A DNA stretch of 64,000 nucleotides from an uncultured delta proteobacterium (GCA_963727625.1 CAVSHR010000003.1:64001-128000), one strand, 5' to 3'; positions 17,798 through 27,902 are shown, counted from the stretch's first letter. Numbers and translations are program-made. The notes: a model not told the origin generated them from the letters alone.

Positions 17798-19288
17798 TTA
17801 GGCTAAAGCGGCCCGAAGTTCAGAAATCATTTCGTCAATTCTCTCGCCCATCGGCAAAGCTACCATTACCAAATCGATCTTCCGCTTACTCGCGTAAATC
17901 GCAGCCCTGTTGCTCACCAACCCCCTTTCCTTAAGTGATGTCCATGCCTCGATATTGCAGGGATAAGCGAGGCAAACGGTGGTGGCCTTGTTATCAGAAA
18001 GAGTCGAGTAGGCTAAAACCTGCAACAGATCATCACGATGGTGCTCCCGGAGCTCATTTTCCAGCTTCGACCAACGTTGATACTGTAAAGCCTCCCAGTG
18101 ATCTTTGTATTTGGCGTCAACGAAGATCGTGTGTTCTTCTTGCTCGATGACAAGATCCGGCAAAAGATATTTTTGCGATCCCAAGAATGGACGTTCCCAA
18201 GCTATAGGAGTAATGGTTTCGCGGCGGCGTCCGACACGAAGTCGCCCTCCATACCGTCTTGTGAAGCGTTGGAAGACTGTTTCTACCCACGCCTCAAAAA
18301 ATTGCTCCATCGACATCGTCCATGGCAGTCCACGCCAATCTGTCAATCCCCCCAGCCCGGTCTCTTCCGTGCTCCACGTGATAGCATTTAATCCATCGAC
18401 GAAAGATTTCGACGCAAGAGGTACTCGAAACCAACTATCCAATTGCTTGCGCGTAGGTCGCATCGGTGACACACCTTCGACTAAATGCAGAAGTGTCATG
18501 CAGATCTTCATGAGTTCGATAACAATTATTCCGGCATGGCGTTGCGATTCGAGCGAAGCGAGTTGTTTTCGAAGAACGTAGTGGATGGCCCCGAACAATT
18601 CGCGATTGCTGCGAAGATCAGGATAGCGGCAGGGGACATCGAGAAACTTCATTAATGGGAGTTGCTTGATTACGTAACTTTCCCAATTTATCTGTCCATG
18701 AGGTGCCGCGCGTACGGTTTCTACGATCTCAAATCGCCTCGCTAATTGATCAAGCATGGCTCTCAATCGCGGCAGAATCGTTGCCGAAAGAACCCAGTCT
18801 GGAATTTCTCTCTCCGTCTTCGGGAGTAGTGGGAGTGATAGAACCTGAGGAACGACCTTGAAACCACTGGCTCCTAAAGAACATCCCAAACCCGACCAGC
18901 CGAATCGAGGACGGACGATGAGCGTTACCTCTGCTTTTCCGGAAATAGGCGAGATTAAGGGGAATGCGCCGATTTGTGAGCCGGCCTGAAAGACAATGGA
19001 AACACGATGCCCGTCAAAATCGACTCGCGCCATAATACCGAACTGCGCTAACGTCTGTCCGTTCTGCTCGATGAAATGATGCGCGAGTTGTGCCTCGCGC
19101 GATGGATCACTCAGGTGCGCACGTGTGATTGCTGAGGCATTGACACGAGTGCTCGACGTGTCATCGAGCGGAATTGCTTCAAACTTACTTGGCTCAATCC
19201 GACGAAATAGAGAGTTTGATCGTCGGATACGGCGTCGTTGTTTTAGATCTGGACTCACTACGATTCTGCCGTCAGAGATCCCACCCAC
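17798..19288 (-). CDS. mcrC: McrC-like PD-(D/E)xK restriction subunit
   Basis: MEQFFEAWV, LLPDLVIE...FVDAKYK, DLLQVLAY; overlaps the McrB-like gene. Confidence 0.85.
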   Translation of the reverse strand: MGGISDGRIVVSPDLKQRRRIRRSNSLFRRIEPSKFEAIPLDDTSSTRVNASAITRAHLSDPSREAQLAHHFIEQNGQTLAQFGIMARVDFDGHRVSIVFQAGSQIGAFPLISPISGKAEVTLIVRPRFGWSGLGCSLGASGFKVVPQVLSLPLLPKTEREIPDWVLSATILPRLRAMLDQLARRFEIVETVRAAPHGQINWESYVIKQLPLMKFLDVPCRYPDLRSNRELFGAIHYVLRKQLASLESQRHAGIIVIELMKICMTLLHLVEGVSPMRPTRKQLDSWFRVPLASKSFVDGLNAITWSTEETGLGGLTDWRGLPWTMSMEQFFEAWVETVFQRFTRRYGGRLRVGRRRETITPIAWERPFLGSQKYLLPDLVIEQEEHTIFVDAKYKDHWEALQYQRWSKLENELREHHRDDLLQVLAYSTLSDNKATTVCLAYPCNIEAWTSLKERGLVSNRAAIYASKRKIDLVMVALPMGERIDEMISELRAALA

Positions 19289-20736
19289 TGGCAGTAGCCT
19301 CGGATGTGATCCGAAAAGCTCGTAACGTAGCCCTGCGCAAGATATTCTTCTAAAAGAGGAATCAAATTTACGCGCAATGACTTTAGCGCTGTGGCGTCTT
19401 GCCCATCTTTGGGCAGGAAATAGGAATGGCCCGGCATCAGCGTGAATGCGTCATCAGACGCATATTCCATGAAGATCGAGAGCAACCGTCTAAATGCCTC
19501 CTCGGCTAGCTTGCTTCCACAATTTTGAACTACGGCAAACTGTGGCCAGAGTTTTACAAACGCGAAGCGCCGGCGAATGGCAATGTCTACAATCGCAATA
19601 CTTCGGTCGGCGCTATTCATGGTTCCGAGAATATGGAGGTTGGGTGGTAACGCAAGCCTATTGAAAAACGGTGGACCAAAATCGTGTGACAGATTAATTG
19701 AACGTGGTTTGTCCTCCATATATTCCAAGAGAAAAACGGCCTCGCCAAGAACTTTGGCAAGATCCGCTCGATTAATCTCGTCTATGTGCAAAATGTATGG
19801 ATTGGGCTTAATTTTTTCAGCTGCTGCAGCAGCTTTCATCAGTTCACCCATGACTGGCACGAACCGGAAGCCGACGTCTCCACCGGTTGCTAAAGGTGCT
19901 AAGCCACCAATAAAATTCTCGTACGTAGTATTGGGATGAAATTGAATTGATTGCCCACGGCCATGATAATGGGCCTGCAACAATTCCAGAGCCATGCGAG
20001 TCTTGCCCGTTCCCGGTGGGCCTTCGAGCACAACAAAGGCCCTTTCGGAAAGCAAGTCGGCTGCTTGGCGTGTTGTGATGTCTGGCATTAGACATTTGAA
20101 GTACTCGGACCTAATTATCTCGTAATCGTCCAAATATGGTTTCAGTGGAACAAATCCACGGTCCTCAAAATAGAGATCCAGGAATGCTTTCAGTACGAAC
20201 TCTGTCGCTGTACGATCTGAATTTGGACGATAAATTGCGTGAACGTCTTTGCCGTAGCGCTTCAGCGGAGCAGCGTATAGTTGAAAGTGACTGGCAACAT
20301 TTTCGGGCACTGCCAAGTCGGTGCGTGTCGGATCATGTTTTGCCCACGCCGCAAAACGTTTCTCACGCCGATTGATCGCTTCACAGATAGCCTGAGCTTT
20401 CCTCGCATGACCGGGCCTCGCAAGAATAGTTTCATCAGGGTGCAAACCGGTTGTCCCAGTTCCGAGTGCGATTAAACAGGGCTCACCTTCTACAGGGAAG
20501 ATACCGACGCTCATGCCACCATAAGGTCCTGACTTTGGATTTGACGGTTCTATCAGGGTGGAGAACGGAATATTGTTCTCATCAGTAAATTTGGGGGCGC
20601 GAATTTGCACCGCTTGCCTAGCACGCTCTGGATACCGACCAGTCGATCCCCCGAACAATTCGCTGAATGCTTCTACTGCTTTCTCACTCCACATGGACAG
20701 ATCGTGGTCGTAGATTAATTTGACTAGTTTCTCCAT
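19258..20736 (-). CDS. mcrB: McrB-like AAA+ GTPase
   Basis: LEGPPGTGKT, QFHPNTTYENF, IDEINRA, GTMNSADRS, RRRFAF, PGHSYF. Confidence 0.9.
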   Translation of the reverse strand: MEKLVKLIYDHDLSMWSEKAVEAFSELFGGSTGRYPERARQAVQIRAPKFTDENNIPFSTLIEPSNPKSGPYGGMSVGIFPVEGEPCLIALGTGTTGLHPDETILARPGHARKAQAICEAINRREKRFAAWAKHDPTRTDLAVPENVASHFQLYAAPLKRYGKDVHAIYRPNSDRTATEFVLKAFLDLYFEDRGFVPLKPYLDDYEIIRSEYFKCLMPDITTRQAADLLSERAFVVLEGPPGTGKTRMALELLQAHYHGRGQSIQFHPNTTYENFIGGLAPLATGGDVGFRFVPVMGELMKAAAAAEKIKPNPYILHIDEINRADLAKVLGEAVFLLEYMEDKPRSINLSHDFGPPFFNRLALPPNLHILGTMNSADRSIAIVDIAIRRRFAFVKLWPQFAVVQNCGSKLAEEAFRRLLSIFMEYASDDAFTLMPGHSYFLPKDGQDATALKSLRVNLIPLLEEYLAQGYVTSFSDHIRGYCQWVGSLTAES

Positions 20737-20759
20737 GCGTTTGACGCTCTTTTGGTTGA

Positions 20760-21014
20760 TTAAAATCCCTCTGAACCGTCTTCCTTGCCAAGTACCACAG
20801 CAATTGCTAGCGCATTGCGTAGAATAAATGCCCCGTAGTTATCCACAAGTCTTAGAATCTCAACTGCACCAGATACACTCCAATCTGCCGAGGCAGAGAG
20901 TTCTTTGACTATTTTCGACTCATCATATCCACCCTGTGCGTCATTGAGTTCTGTTTTACGGAGAACAATCTCATATTCGCGAATTAAGGACTCTACGTAT
21001 TCACCTTCTTTCAT
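20760..21014 (-). CDS. Small hypothetical protein immediately upstream of mcrB
   Basis: 84 aa ORF, same strand, 23 bp before the mcrB start, similarly AT-rich. Confidence 0.65.
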   Translation of the reverse strand: MKEGEYVESLIREYEIVLRKTELNDAQGGYDESKIVKELSASADWSVSGAVEILRLVDNYGAFILRNALAIAVVLGKEDGSEGF

Positions 21015-21233
21015 GAGCCTTACCCCCGTTTCGTCCTTGATCGCATATATTTAGTACTCTCCGAGAGGAAAAGTCGATCTAGGAAAAGTTTATGAGATCA
21101 GGCTACTTTTACAATATACTCCGGGTGTAATCATGCTTCTCGTGTAGCGACGCTTCCAGGTTACGCTGCCTGCGGATATAGGCCGCGGCGATGCCTTGTA
21201 GCGCCGGGTATCGGTTTTGAAAAGAATTATTCA

Positions 21234-21965
21234 TTACACAAAGAGGCATCGATTACCGAAACACACGATCGGGTCAAACACGGACATGTTCATTCTCCGT
21301 AGATGGTTTCTCCCCAGCGTCACCCCGTGGACGGGTCGAGCTCCGCGGTACGCTGCTTCGATGATTTGCCTCGCCTCGAACGCGACGAAAGTGGTATTGG
21401 ACGCGTTGCCACGCCAAGAATCGAGCATCACGAGTCCGTCATAACCCCTGGCGATCAACTGCTTGCGCACGCCGCCCCTCAAAGGAGTATCGAATCGCAG
21501 AACCACCCAGGCGGTCAGCTCCATCCCCGCCGGCGCACGGTCGAGCTTGCCCGCAAGTGGAGTGCCGTCGATGTCGATGCCGTTCTCGGAAAACCAGCGC
21601 CGCCACTCGGCGGGAGTGAGCGCGACATAGGGGCGCAGGCCAAGGGGATTTTTGAGCACGAGGTAAAATCGCCGGATAAACCACGGCACGTTGATCTCGT
21701 CGCGGGCGAAATTGCGCGCCCAAGTTTTGGAAGCGGCGAAATAAAAATAGCAGTGCTCTCCCACGGTGCCGTAGGACTTCGGCTGCAGATCGGCGGTTGT
21801 CGGCGACGCGTGATAAACCGGAAGCGGAGCGCCGCTCGCATCAACCACCTTGCTGGCACGAAACCAGCGCTGGAACGACTCGCTCTTTATTCCGCGCTTC
21901 GCCGGAGGGGTTGCGAGCTCGAAGGGTTCTTGGGCCGGCCGTCTTTCTCTGAGCATCGGCCGCAC
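21234..21965 (-). CDS. Stand-alone ADP-ribosyltransferase-like domain (ART-PolyVal-like)
   Basis: FQRWFRASKVVDASGAPLPVYHAS, YFYF, A..FA, YLVLKNPL, LIARGYDGL, FVAFEARQI; start uncertain. Confidence 0.7.
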   Translation of the reverse strand: MRPMLRERRPAQEPFELATPPAKRGIKSESFQRWFRASKVVDASGAPLPVYHASPTTADLQPKSYGTVGEHCYFYFAASKTWARNFARDEINVPWFIRRFYLVLKNPLGLRPYVALTPAEWRRWFSENGIDIDGTPLAGKLDRAPAGMELTAWVVLRFDTPLRGGVRKQLIARGYDGLVMLDSWRGNASNTTFVAFEARQIIEAAYRGARPVHGVTLGRNHLRRMNMSVFDPIVCFGNRCLFV

Positions 21966-22260
21966 TTTAACAAAGCTGCGAGAATCGGTCCACTTTTTTT
22001 CGCCGTTGGCGTCCCGGTTTTTGTTTTACTGGCCGAGCCGGATTTTTGTCTTCCGTTTTCGAAGAAACCGCTCCGAGCGTTCCCGTCGCCTGGCATGAGT
22101 CCAATGGAATAGCTCTATCGCTGCGCTCGCCGAAGCGGTTCTGCCGGGACGGGCATTCAATAAATCACGGTTCGAGATTTCGACCGCGGGCGAAAAACTC
22201 GCGGGAACGCCGCCGCGTTTCGGGAATCGCCGTAACGTGCATGTGGCGTGGGATGCCTTC

Positions 22261-22452
22261 TTATTTTGGATCCGGGATGCCGAGCTGGCGGCAAATCTTG
22301 CGCGCGAGGAAGTCTGCGATCTCGGTGTGCCTTGGAAGCGTGGTAACACGGCGCGGATCAGCGAGATTGACGAATTTGCTGTGCTTTGCCCCCTCATCGG
22401 CGAGAACACATCCGAACCGCTCCAGGTGCCGAACGAGCTCCCGCCGCTTCAC
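22261..22452 (-). CDS. hicA: HicA-family toxin
   Basis: MKRRELVRHL, EGAKHS, LPRHTEI, RKICRQLGI. Confidence 0.9.
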   Translation of the reverse strand: MKRRELVRHLERFGCVLADEGAKHSKFVNLADPRRVTTLPRHTEIADFLARKICRQLGIPDPK

Positions 22453-22653
22453 TTACACCTCGATCTGTTCGATCACGACCTTGCTCTTGGGAAGCTTCGA
22501 TAGATCCACCGGCTCGCGAATCATGCGCACCGCGTCGATAAGATTTTCACGCGCCTCTTCGAGAGTCGCGCCCTGCGTCAGTGCGCCTGGAACGTCATCG
22601 GTCCACGCCACCCACCATTTGCCGTCCTTCACAAAGCTAGCCTGGATTTTCAT
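22453..22653 (-). CDS. hicB: HicB-family antitoxin (short form)
   Basis: DGKWWVAW, VPGALTQGATLEEARENLIDAV; AGGAG RBS. Confidence 0.9.
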   Translation of the reverse strand: MKIQASFVKDGKWWVAWTDDVPGALTQGATLEEARENLIDAVRMIREPVDLSKLPKSKVVIEQIEV

Positions 22654-23026
22654 ATAATCGATCTCCTGCCGGCATTTATTTTATGCAAAACGGCCGGGCA
22701 ATACCAATCCTTGGGAAATTAAACGGGATCAGGCTGCTTTTGTAATGTCGCACGTTACGGAATTGTTACGGGCGTTGTTGCTTTTTGCTCGATAATCTCA
22801 GTTGGTTTTAGGCGTATCCAATCGTCAAGTGGCCGATACATCGGTCACCGAAACAGACGCGGGCGGCCGGGCTACGGGTCGGACCTCCGCAACTCCTCGA
22901 TACGACGAGATTGAGCTTCGAAAAATTCATCGTTTAAGCGCTTAGAAGGCAAATTTCTAATCCAAAACGCCGCTTCTAACTCGCAATCTGGACGATGACA
23001 AGTTATCAGAGAAGCGACAAGCTACT

Positions 23027-23125
23027 TATATCCGAGAAATCAATCTTCTTCGACTTCATATTTTTTCCCTTCTGTGCGGCTCGCCCGGCGCGCGCTGATC
23101 ATTCGCGGACTTCTTCATCGTCTTG
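23027..23125 (-). pseudogene. BrnT C-terminal / BrnA N-terminal junction remnant
   Basis: ISARRASRTEGKKYEVEED* overlaps ATG 23059 MKSKKIDFSDI, which stops soon after. Confidence 0.6.
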
Positions 23126-23265
23126 GTTCGATGCTTCTTGGATTTGCCCGTGTTGGCGGTGAGCACGAGCAGGTCTTGCAATCACAATCGGCTCGCGGGC
23201 TGACGAAGATCCGCGTTACGACCTGAAAAGTTTCATCGGTCGCACCGGTTTAAGATTGGCCAACG

Positions 23266-23559
23266 TTATCGGCGTGTAACGCCAACGGTGGGACGTCTCC
23301 TATGGTGTCGCACGACAAGAATTCGCACGACATTCCCAACGATACGAAACAGGAAATGATAAGGGAAGCGCTGCAAGTTTACGCGGCGGAGATCGCGCTC
23401 GCGGATTGCAAAAGATTCCGGCCGTTCCGCCGCCTGCCGCATGTAATATCGCAGCTCGGCGTAAAATTCGTCGGCGAGTTGCCGCGTCGCAACCCGTTCA
23501 TAGTAACCCATGATCTCGTCGATATCCGAATAAACTTTCGGATGCAGGACGAGGCGCAT
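23266..23559 (-). CDS. RelE/ParE-family toxin
   Basis: DIDEIMGYY, RRVNLQRFPYHFLF, ILVVRHHRRRP. Confidence 0.88.
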   Translation of the reverse strand: MRLVLHPKVYSDIDEIMGYYERVATRQLADEFYAELRYYMRQAAERPESFAIRERDLRRVNLQRFPYHFLFRIVGNVVRILVVRHHRRRPTVGVTRR

Positions 23560-23780
23560 CAGGTTCGGCGGCGTTGAATCTGTCGATCAAGTTGCTCCAG
23601 CGTGAGACCGCCGGATGGATTCGCTTCGAGGCCGGCATCGCGCCTAAGCGCCTCGGCTATGCCCTCGTCCTCGTCGTAGAGGACCGGTGGAAGCGAGCCA
23701 AGGAGGTGAGCTGCCAGAACAGCCCTGTCGTTTTCAGATAAATCTTGAGCGAGTTTCTCGATCTCAGCGATCGTAGCCAT
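23559..23780 (-). CDS. Addiction-module antitoxin component
   Basis: LAQDLSENDRAVLAAHLLGSL...EALRRD; TGATG coupling to the toxin. Confidence 0.8.
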   Translation of the reverse strand: MATIAEIEKLAQDLSENDRAVLAAHLLGSLPPVLYDEDEGIAEALRRDAGLEANPSGGLTLEQLDRQIQRRRT

Positions 23781-23950
23781 GGGACGATTATAGTAAGCTA
23801 TCGCCCGGAAGCAAGCGAGCCTCAATCTCGGATAGCAACAATAGGGTTGCAGCTTTACTTTTGACTTTTCGGCTGCACCAGGGTCTAGTTTCGTGCTTTA
23901 TCCCGTCGAAACATCGCGCCATTTCTTTTGCTACGCGACTTTGAAGAGGT

Positions 23951-23993
23951 GAGCCGGGGCCGGTTGGCCTTTGAGCTCGACCGGACCCGGCTC
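23951..23993. repeat. GC-rich imperfect inverted repeat at the right edge of the TA region
   Basis: GAGCCGGGGCCGGTTG...CGACCGGACCCGGCTC. Confidence 0.5.
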
Positions 23994-24123
23994 TTCGACG
24001 CCGGGCAATGCTGCGTCGAGATTTCGCCGTACGGCGTCGGAGATCAAGAACCGGGCTTGAAACTCCTTTGAAACGGCTTGCTGGCGTCGATCAACGCTGT
24101 CGAGTTGTAAGGAATTCCGAGGT

Positions 24124-24828
24124 TCAGCCGCGAGTTACTGCTCGATCCGAGTTGTCTTCGGACACCCGCCCTTCGCTTACGCGCAGCACTCGCGTGGCGC
24201 ACCGGCGCGCAAACTCTTCGTCGTGGGTGGCGACAACCAGCGTGCGCCCCTCGCGGGTCAAGCCTTGGAGCAGATCGCGGAGCTCGGTGCGCCGGCCGGC
24301 ATCGAGCGCCGAGGTGGGCTCGTCCAACAGCAAGAGCGGCGGGTCGACGGCCAGGGCGCGGGCGATCGCCACCCGCTGCGCTTCACCGCCCGAAAGCTCG
24401 CGCGGCAGCGCGTTGGCGCGATGCTCGACACCGAGAGCGCTCAGCAGCTCGCGCGCGCGGACTTCGGCTTCCTGGCGGGGGATGCCGCGCGCGTGCACCG
24501 GCGCGAGCCAGACGTTTTTGAGCACGGGCAGATGCTCGAAGAGATGGGGAAACTGAAACACCATGCCGACTTTCGCGCGCAAGCGGTGGAGCGCGGCCGG
24601 CGCGTGAGCGGCGCCGCCGTTGAGGGCGACTTCCTCAACCTGCAGGGTACCCGAATGAAAAGTCTCGAGCCCGGCGATCACGCGCAGCAGCGTCGTCTTG
24701 CCGACCCCGGACGGTCCCATCAGCGCCACCAGCTCGCCGCGGGTGACGTCGAACGTGACCCCGGCCAGCACCGGGCGCCGGCTGCGAAAAAGACTCACGT
24801 CGCTCAAACGAAGTGTCCAGTCGCTCAC
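24124..24828 (-). CDS. Polar amino-acid ABC transporter ATP-binding protein
   Basis: GPSGVGKT, VFQFPHLF, LSGGEAQRVAIARAL, LLDEPTSALD, ATHD; GTG start overlaps the permease stop. Confidence 0.9.
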   Translation of the reverse strand: MSDWTLRLSDVSLFRSRRPVLAGVTFDVTRGELVALMGPSGVGKTTLLRVIAGLETFHSGTLQVEEVALNGGAAHAPAALHRLRAKVGMVFQFPHLFEHLPVLKNVWLAPVHARGIPRQEAEVRARELLSALGVEHRANALPRELSGGEAQRVAIARALAVDPPLLLLDEPTSALDAGRRTELRDLLQGLTREGRTLVVATHDEEFARRCATRVLRVSEGRVSEDNSDRAVTRG

Positions 24829-26432
24829 GGCGTCGGCGCCTTCCAGCGCTGCTCGAGCCGGCGCGCCAGTGCCGCCAGGGGCAGCGACATGGCGAGGTAA
24901 AGAGCGGCGCAGAGCAGGCCGGGAACGACCCAGCTGCCGGTGTTGGTGGCGAAAATCTGTGTCTGTTTGGTGAGCTCGAGCACCGTGAGCACGGAGACCA
25001 GCGAGGAGTCCTTGAGCAGCGCGATGAAGTCGTTGGTCATGGGCGCCAGGGCGAGGCGAAAGGCTTGCGGTCCGCGCACCAGCGCCAGCACCTGGCGCTC
25101 GCTGAAGCCAAGAATGCGCGCGGCCTCGAGTTGGCCGCTCGGCACCGCTTCGAGCGCGCCGCGGTAAATCTCGCTTTCGTACGCCGCGTAGTTGAGCGCC
25201 AGACCCAAGAGCGCCGCGCCGAACGCCGGCAGGCGGATGACGCCGGCGATGCCGTAGTAGAGCACGAAGAGCTGGAGCAGGATCGGCGTGCCGCGCATGA
25301 CCTCGACATAGACTCGCAGGAGAGTTTGCGTAATCGCGCCGCCGTACACGCGGCCGCTCGCGATCGAGACCCCGAGGCCAACGGCGAGCGCCATCGCCAG
25401 ACATGAGAGCACGATGGTCAACGCCGACGCGCGCAGAAGCGAGGGCAGATAGCGGAGCGTCGCCTCCCATTGCGAGAGCGCGGGCTTCACACTCGCCGCC
25501 GCGTCACCGCTGACCGGCGAAATAGTTTCTCCCGCCAGCACCTGGGCATGGAGCGCCGGCTGATCGTCATTCCAAACCCGCCACTTGCGAAAAATTTTTT
25601 CTAAACTGCCCTCGCGCATGGCGCCGCGCAGGATTTCATTGACTTGTTCACGGAGCTCGGTATTTCGCCTCGCCAGCACGCCGACATAGTGGCCGATCGC
25701 AACGCTTTGCGGCTGGATCGTAAAACCCGGCAGCGCCCGGGCGCGCCGCTCGGCCAGCACATTATCGAGCAGCACGGCATCGACGCGGCCGATCAGGAGG
25801 TCGCTGAAAGGGTGGACGTCGTCATCGTAAGAGACGACCTGGATGGCATGCTCGCGCTCGGCGCGGAGCAAAATTTCATAGGCGATGGTGCCGCCGAGGG
25901 TGCCGACGTGCCGGCCACGGAGATCCGCCAGCGTGGCGAAACGCGCCGAGTCGGCATCGCGCACGCTCAACACTTCGCGAAACCGATAGTACGGCAGGGT
26001 CGGCGCCATCGCCGCGCGCCGCGCCGGGGTGTCTTCCATGCCGCTCAAGCCGATCTCGGCGTCGCCGCGCTCGATGGACTGGTCGATCGACGTGAAGGTG
26101 ATGTTGATAAAGCGCGCTTGACGCCCGAGCCGCCGGGCGATGAGATCGGCGATTTCGACGTCGAAACCGGCGACCTTGTCGGGCTGCGCTGGGTCCGCTT
26201 CGACGAAGGGAGCTCCCCCCTCGGGATCGCCCGCCCAACGGAACTCACGCGGCCGCTCCGACGCCTTGGCGCCAAAGGCCGGCAACAGCAATATCGCCAG
26301 CGCCGCCAGATAGGCGACTCGAGCCAAGCCTTCGATCCTGGTGCTGACATGCTTCGAACGCGCCGTCGGTGATGAAGAATCCGATTCAGAATTGATTCCG
26401 CTGAGGGCCGAGCAAAAAGTCAAAATCCTCAT
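24825..26432 (-). CDS. Fused amino-acid ABC substrate-binding protein/permease
   Basis: GFDVEIA SBP family 3 domain; MRGTPILLQLF, AAYESEIYRG, LLKDSSL permease motifs; start uncertain. Confidence 0.9.
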   Translation of the reverse strand: MRILTFCSALSGINSESDSSSPTARSKHVSTRIEGLARVAYLAALAILLLPAFGAKASERPREFRWAGDPEGGAPFVEADPAQPDKVAGFDVEIADLIARRLGRQARFINITFTSIDQSIERGDAEIGLSGMEDTPARRAAMAPTLPYYRFREVLSVRDADSARFATLADLRGRHVGTLGGTIAYEILLRAEREHAIQVVSYDDDVHPFSDLLIGRVDAVLLDNVLAERRARALPGFTIQPQSVAIGHYVGVLARRNTELREQVNEILRGAMREGSLEKIFRKWRVWNDDQPALHAQVLAGETISPVSGDAAASVKPALSQWEATLRYLPSLLRASALTIVLSCLAMALAVGLGVSIASGRVYGGAITQTLLRVYVEVMRGTPILLQLFVLYYGIAGVIRLPAFGAALLGLALNYAAYESEIYRGALEAVPSGQLEAARILGFSERQVLALVRGPQAFRLALAPMTNDFIALLKDSSLVSVLTVLELTKQTQIFATNTGSWVVPGLLCAALYLAMSLPLAALARRLEQRWKAPTP

Positions 26433-26658
26433 TTCGATTGCAGCGAAATCTATCCGATGGCCGATCGAGCTGTCAATCTTGCCTGGTCGAGAGCGATGCG
26501 AGGAGAAAAAGGCTTTAACAGCGCAGAGCCGCTTTTATTGCTTCCATGCAACGAAAGCCGACGCGGGAGCGATCGATGTTGATATAGATTGACAGCATAC
26601 GCGGGAGCGCCATAAAACAGCTCCGTCATCCCACACTTGGAAAGTTTGAGAGCGGCGC

Positions 26659-27845
26659 ATGAGCAAACATGACAACGCGGACCACCTACCGGGGCAACTG
26701 GCGGCGCCGCGGCGCAACGGCCGCGCGCTGAAACTCGGCGGCGGGCCGGCGAACTACCTGCAAAACGCGCTCAAGGCGGCGGCCGAGCCATTCAAGGGAA
26801 ATACGGCCGGACGGAGCGGTTATCCCCGGCCTGTTCCCGATTCAAGCCACCGGGGTTTCGACACAGACGATTCGCGATGCCGCCGAAGCCTATCTCGGAT
26901 CGCTGAGCGCGGAACAGCGGGCGCGAGCGCTGTTTCCCATCGACGCCCGGCGAGTGGCGCATGTGGAGCAATATCCACCGCACCATCATGCGCCACGGCA
27001 TACCGTTCTGCGAGATGTCCGATAGACAGGTCGAGCGCGCCTTGGCGCTGCTGAAGGAAAGCTTGAGCAATCAGGGGTTCGCCACGGCCCGCGATATCAT
27101 GCGTCTCAATGAAACGGTGGGGGAGATGACCGGGCGGCTCGATGAATTCGGCGACGATCTTTACTGGCTCAGCATCATGGGCGCGCCTTCGGTCACCGAG
27201 CCCTGGGGCTGGCAGATCGACGGCCATCATTTGAACGTCAATTATTTTCTATTGGGCGATCAGGTCGTGATGGCGCCGGCGTTTCTCGGCTCCGAGCCGG
27301 TATTCGCTGAAAGCGGCAAATACGGCGGCACCCGGGTGTTCGAAGCGGAAGAAGCCCAGGGGCTGGCGCTGATCCGCGCCCTCGACGCCGGACAGCGCGG
27401 CATAGCCGTGGTCTCCAAGGAGCTGCCGCGCGATCTCTTCACCTCGGCCTTTCGCGACAACCACGAGCTACGCTACGAGGGGATCGCTTACGATGAGCTG
27501 ACGGCGGCGCAGCATGAGCAGCTCCTCCGCTTGGTGGAACTGCACGTCGGGCGCCTGCGGCCGGGCCATGCAAAAATTAAAATGGCCGAAGTCCTGCGCC
27601 ATGTGCACAATACCCATTTCTCCTGGCGCGGCGGCGTCGAAGAAGAGAGCGTCTTTTACTACCGCGTGCAGAGCCCGGTCATCATCATCGAGTTCGATCA
27701 TCAAGCCGGACAGGCGTTTCCGCAATACAAAGAACATTACCGCGACCATATCCATGTCATCGTGCGCACGCCCAACGGCAACGACTATGGCAAAGATCTT
27801 TTGCGCCGGCACTATCAGCGCGGCGATCATGCAAGGGGTCAATGA
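26659..27845 (+). pseudogene. DUF3500-family protein with two +1 frameshifts
   Basis: Removing extra bases at ~26809 and ~26948 gives a continuous reading ...EWRMWSNIH...PWGWQIDGHHL...IEFDH...HIHVIVRTPNGNDYG. Confidence 0.75.
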
Positions 27846-27902
27846 CAGCCTCGGCCCGCGAATCGGTCGAGGACGCCGGGTCGCCGCCTCGGAAACGGTC
27901 TA

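Noticed and set aside
13650-23800. Integron array as an explanation for the TA cluster
   Set aside because: No intI, mixed gene orientations, and no convincing RYYYAAC...GTTRRRY attC sites between these modules.
24124-25470. 448 aa ORF as a single protein
   Set aside because: The N-terminal half is an out-of-frame overlap with the permease; the real ATPase starts at GTG 24828.
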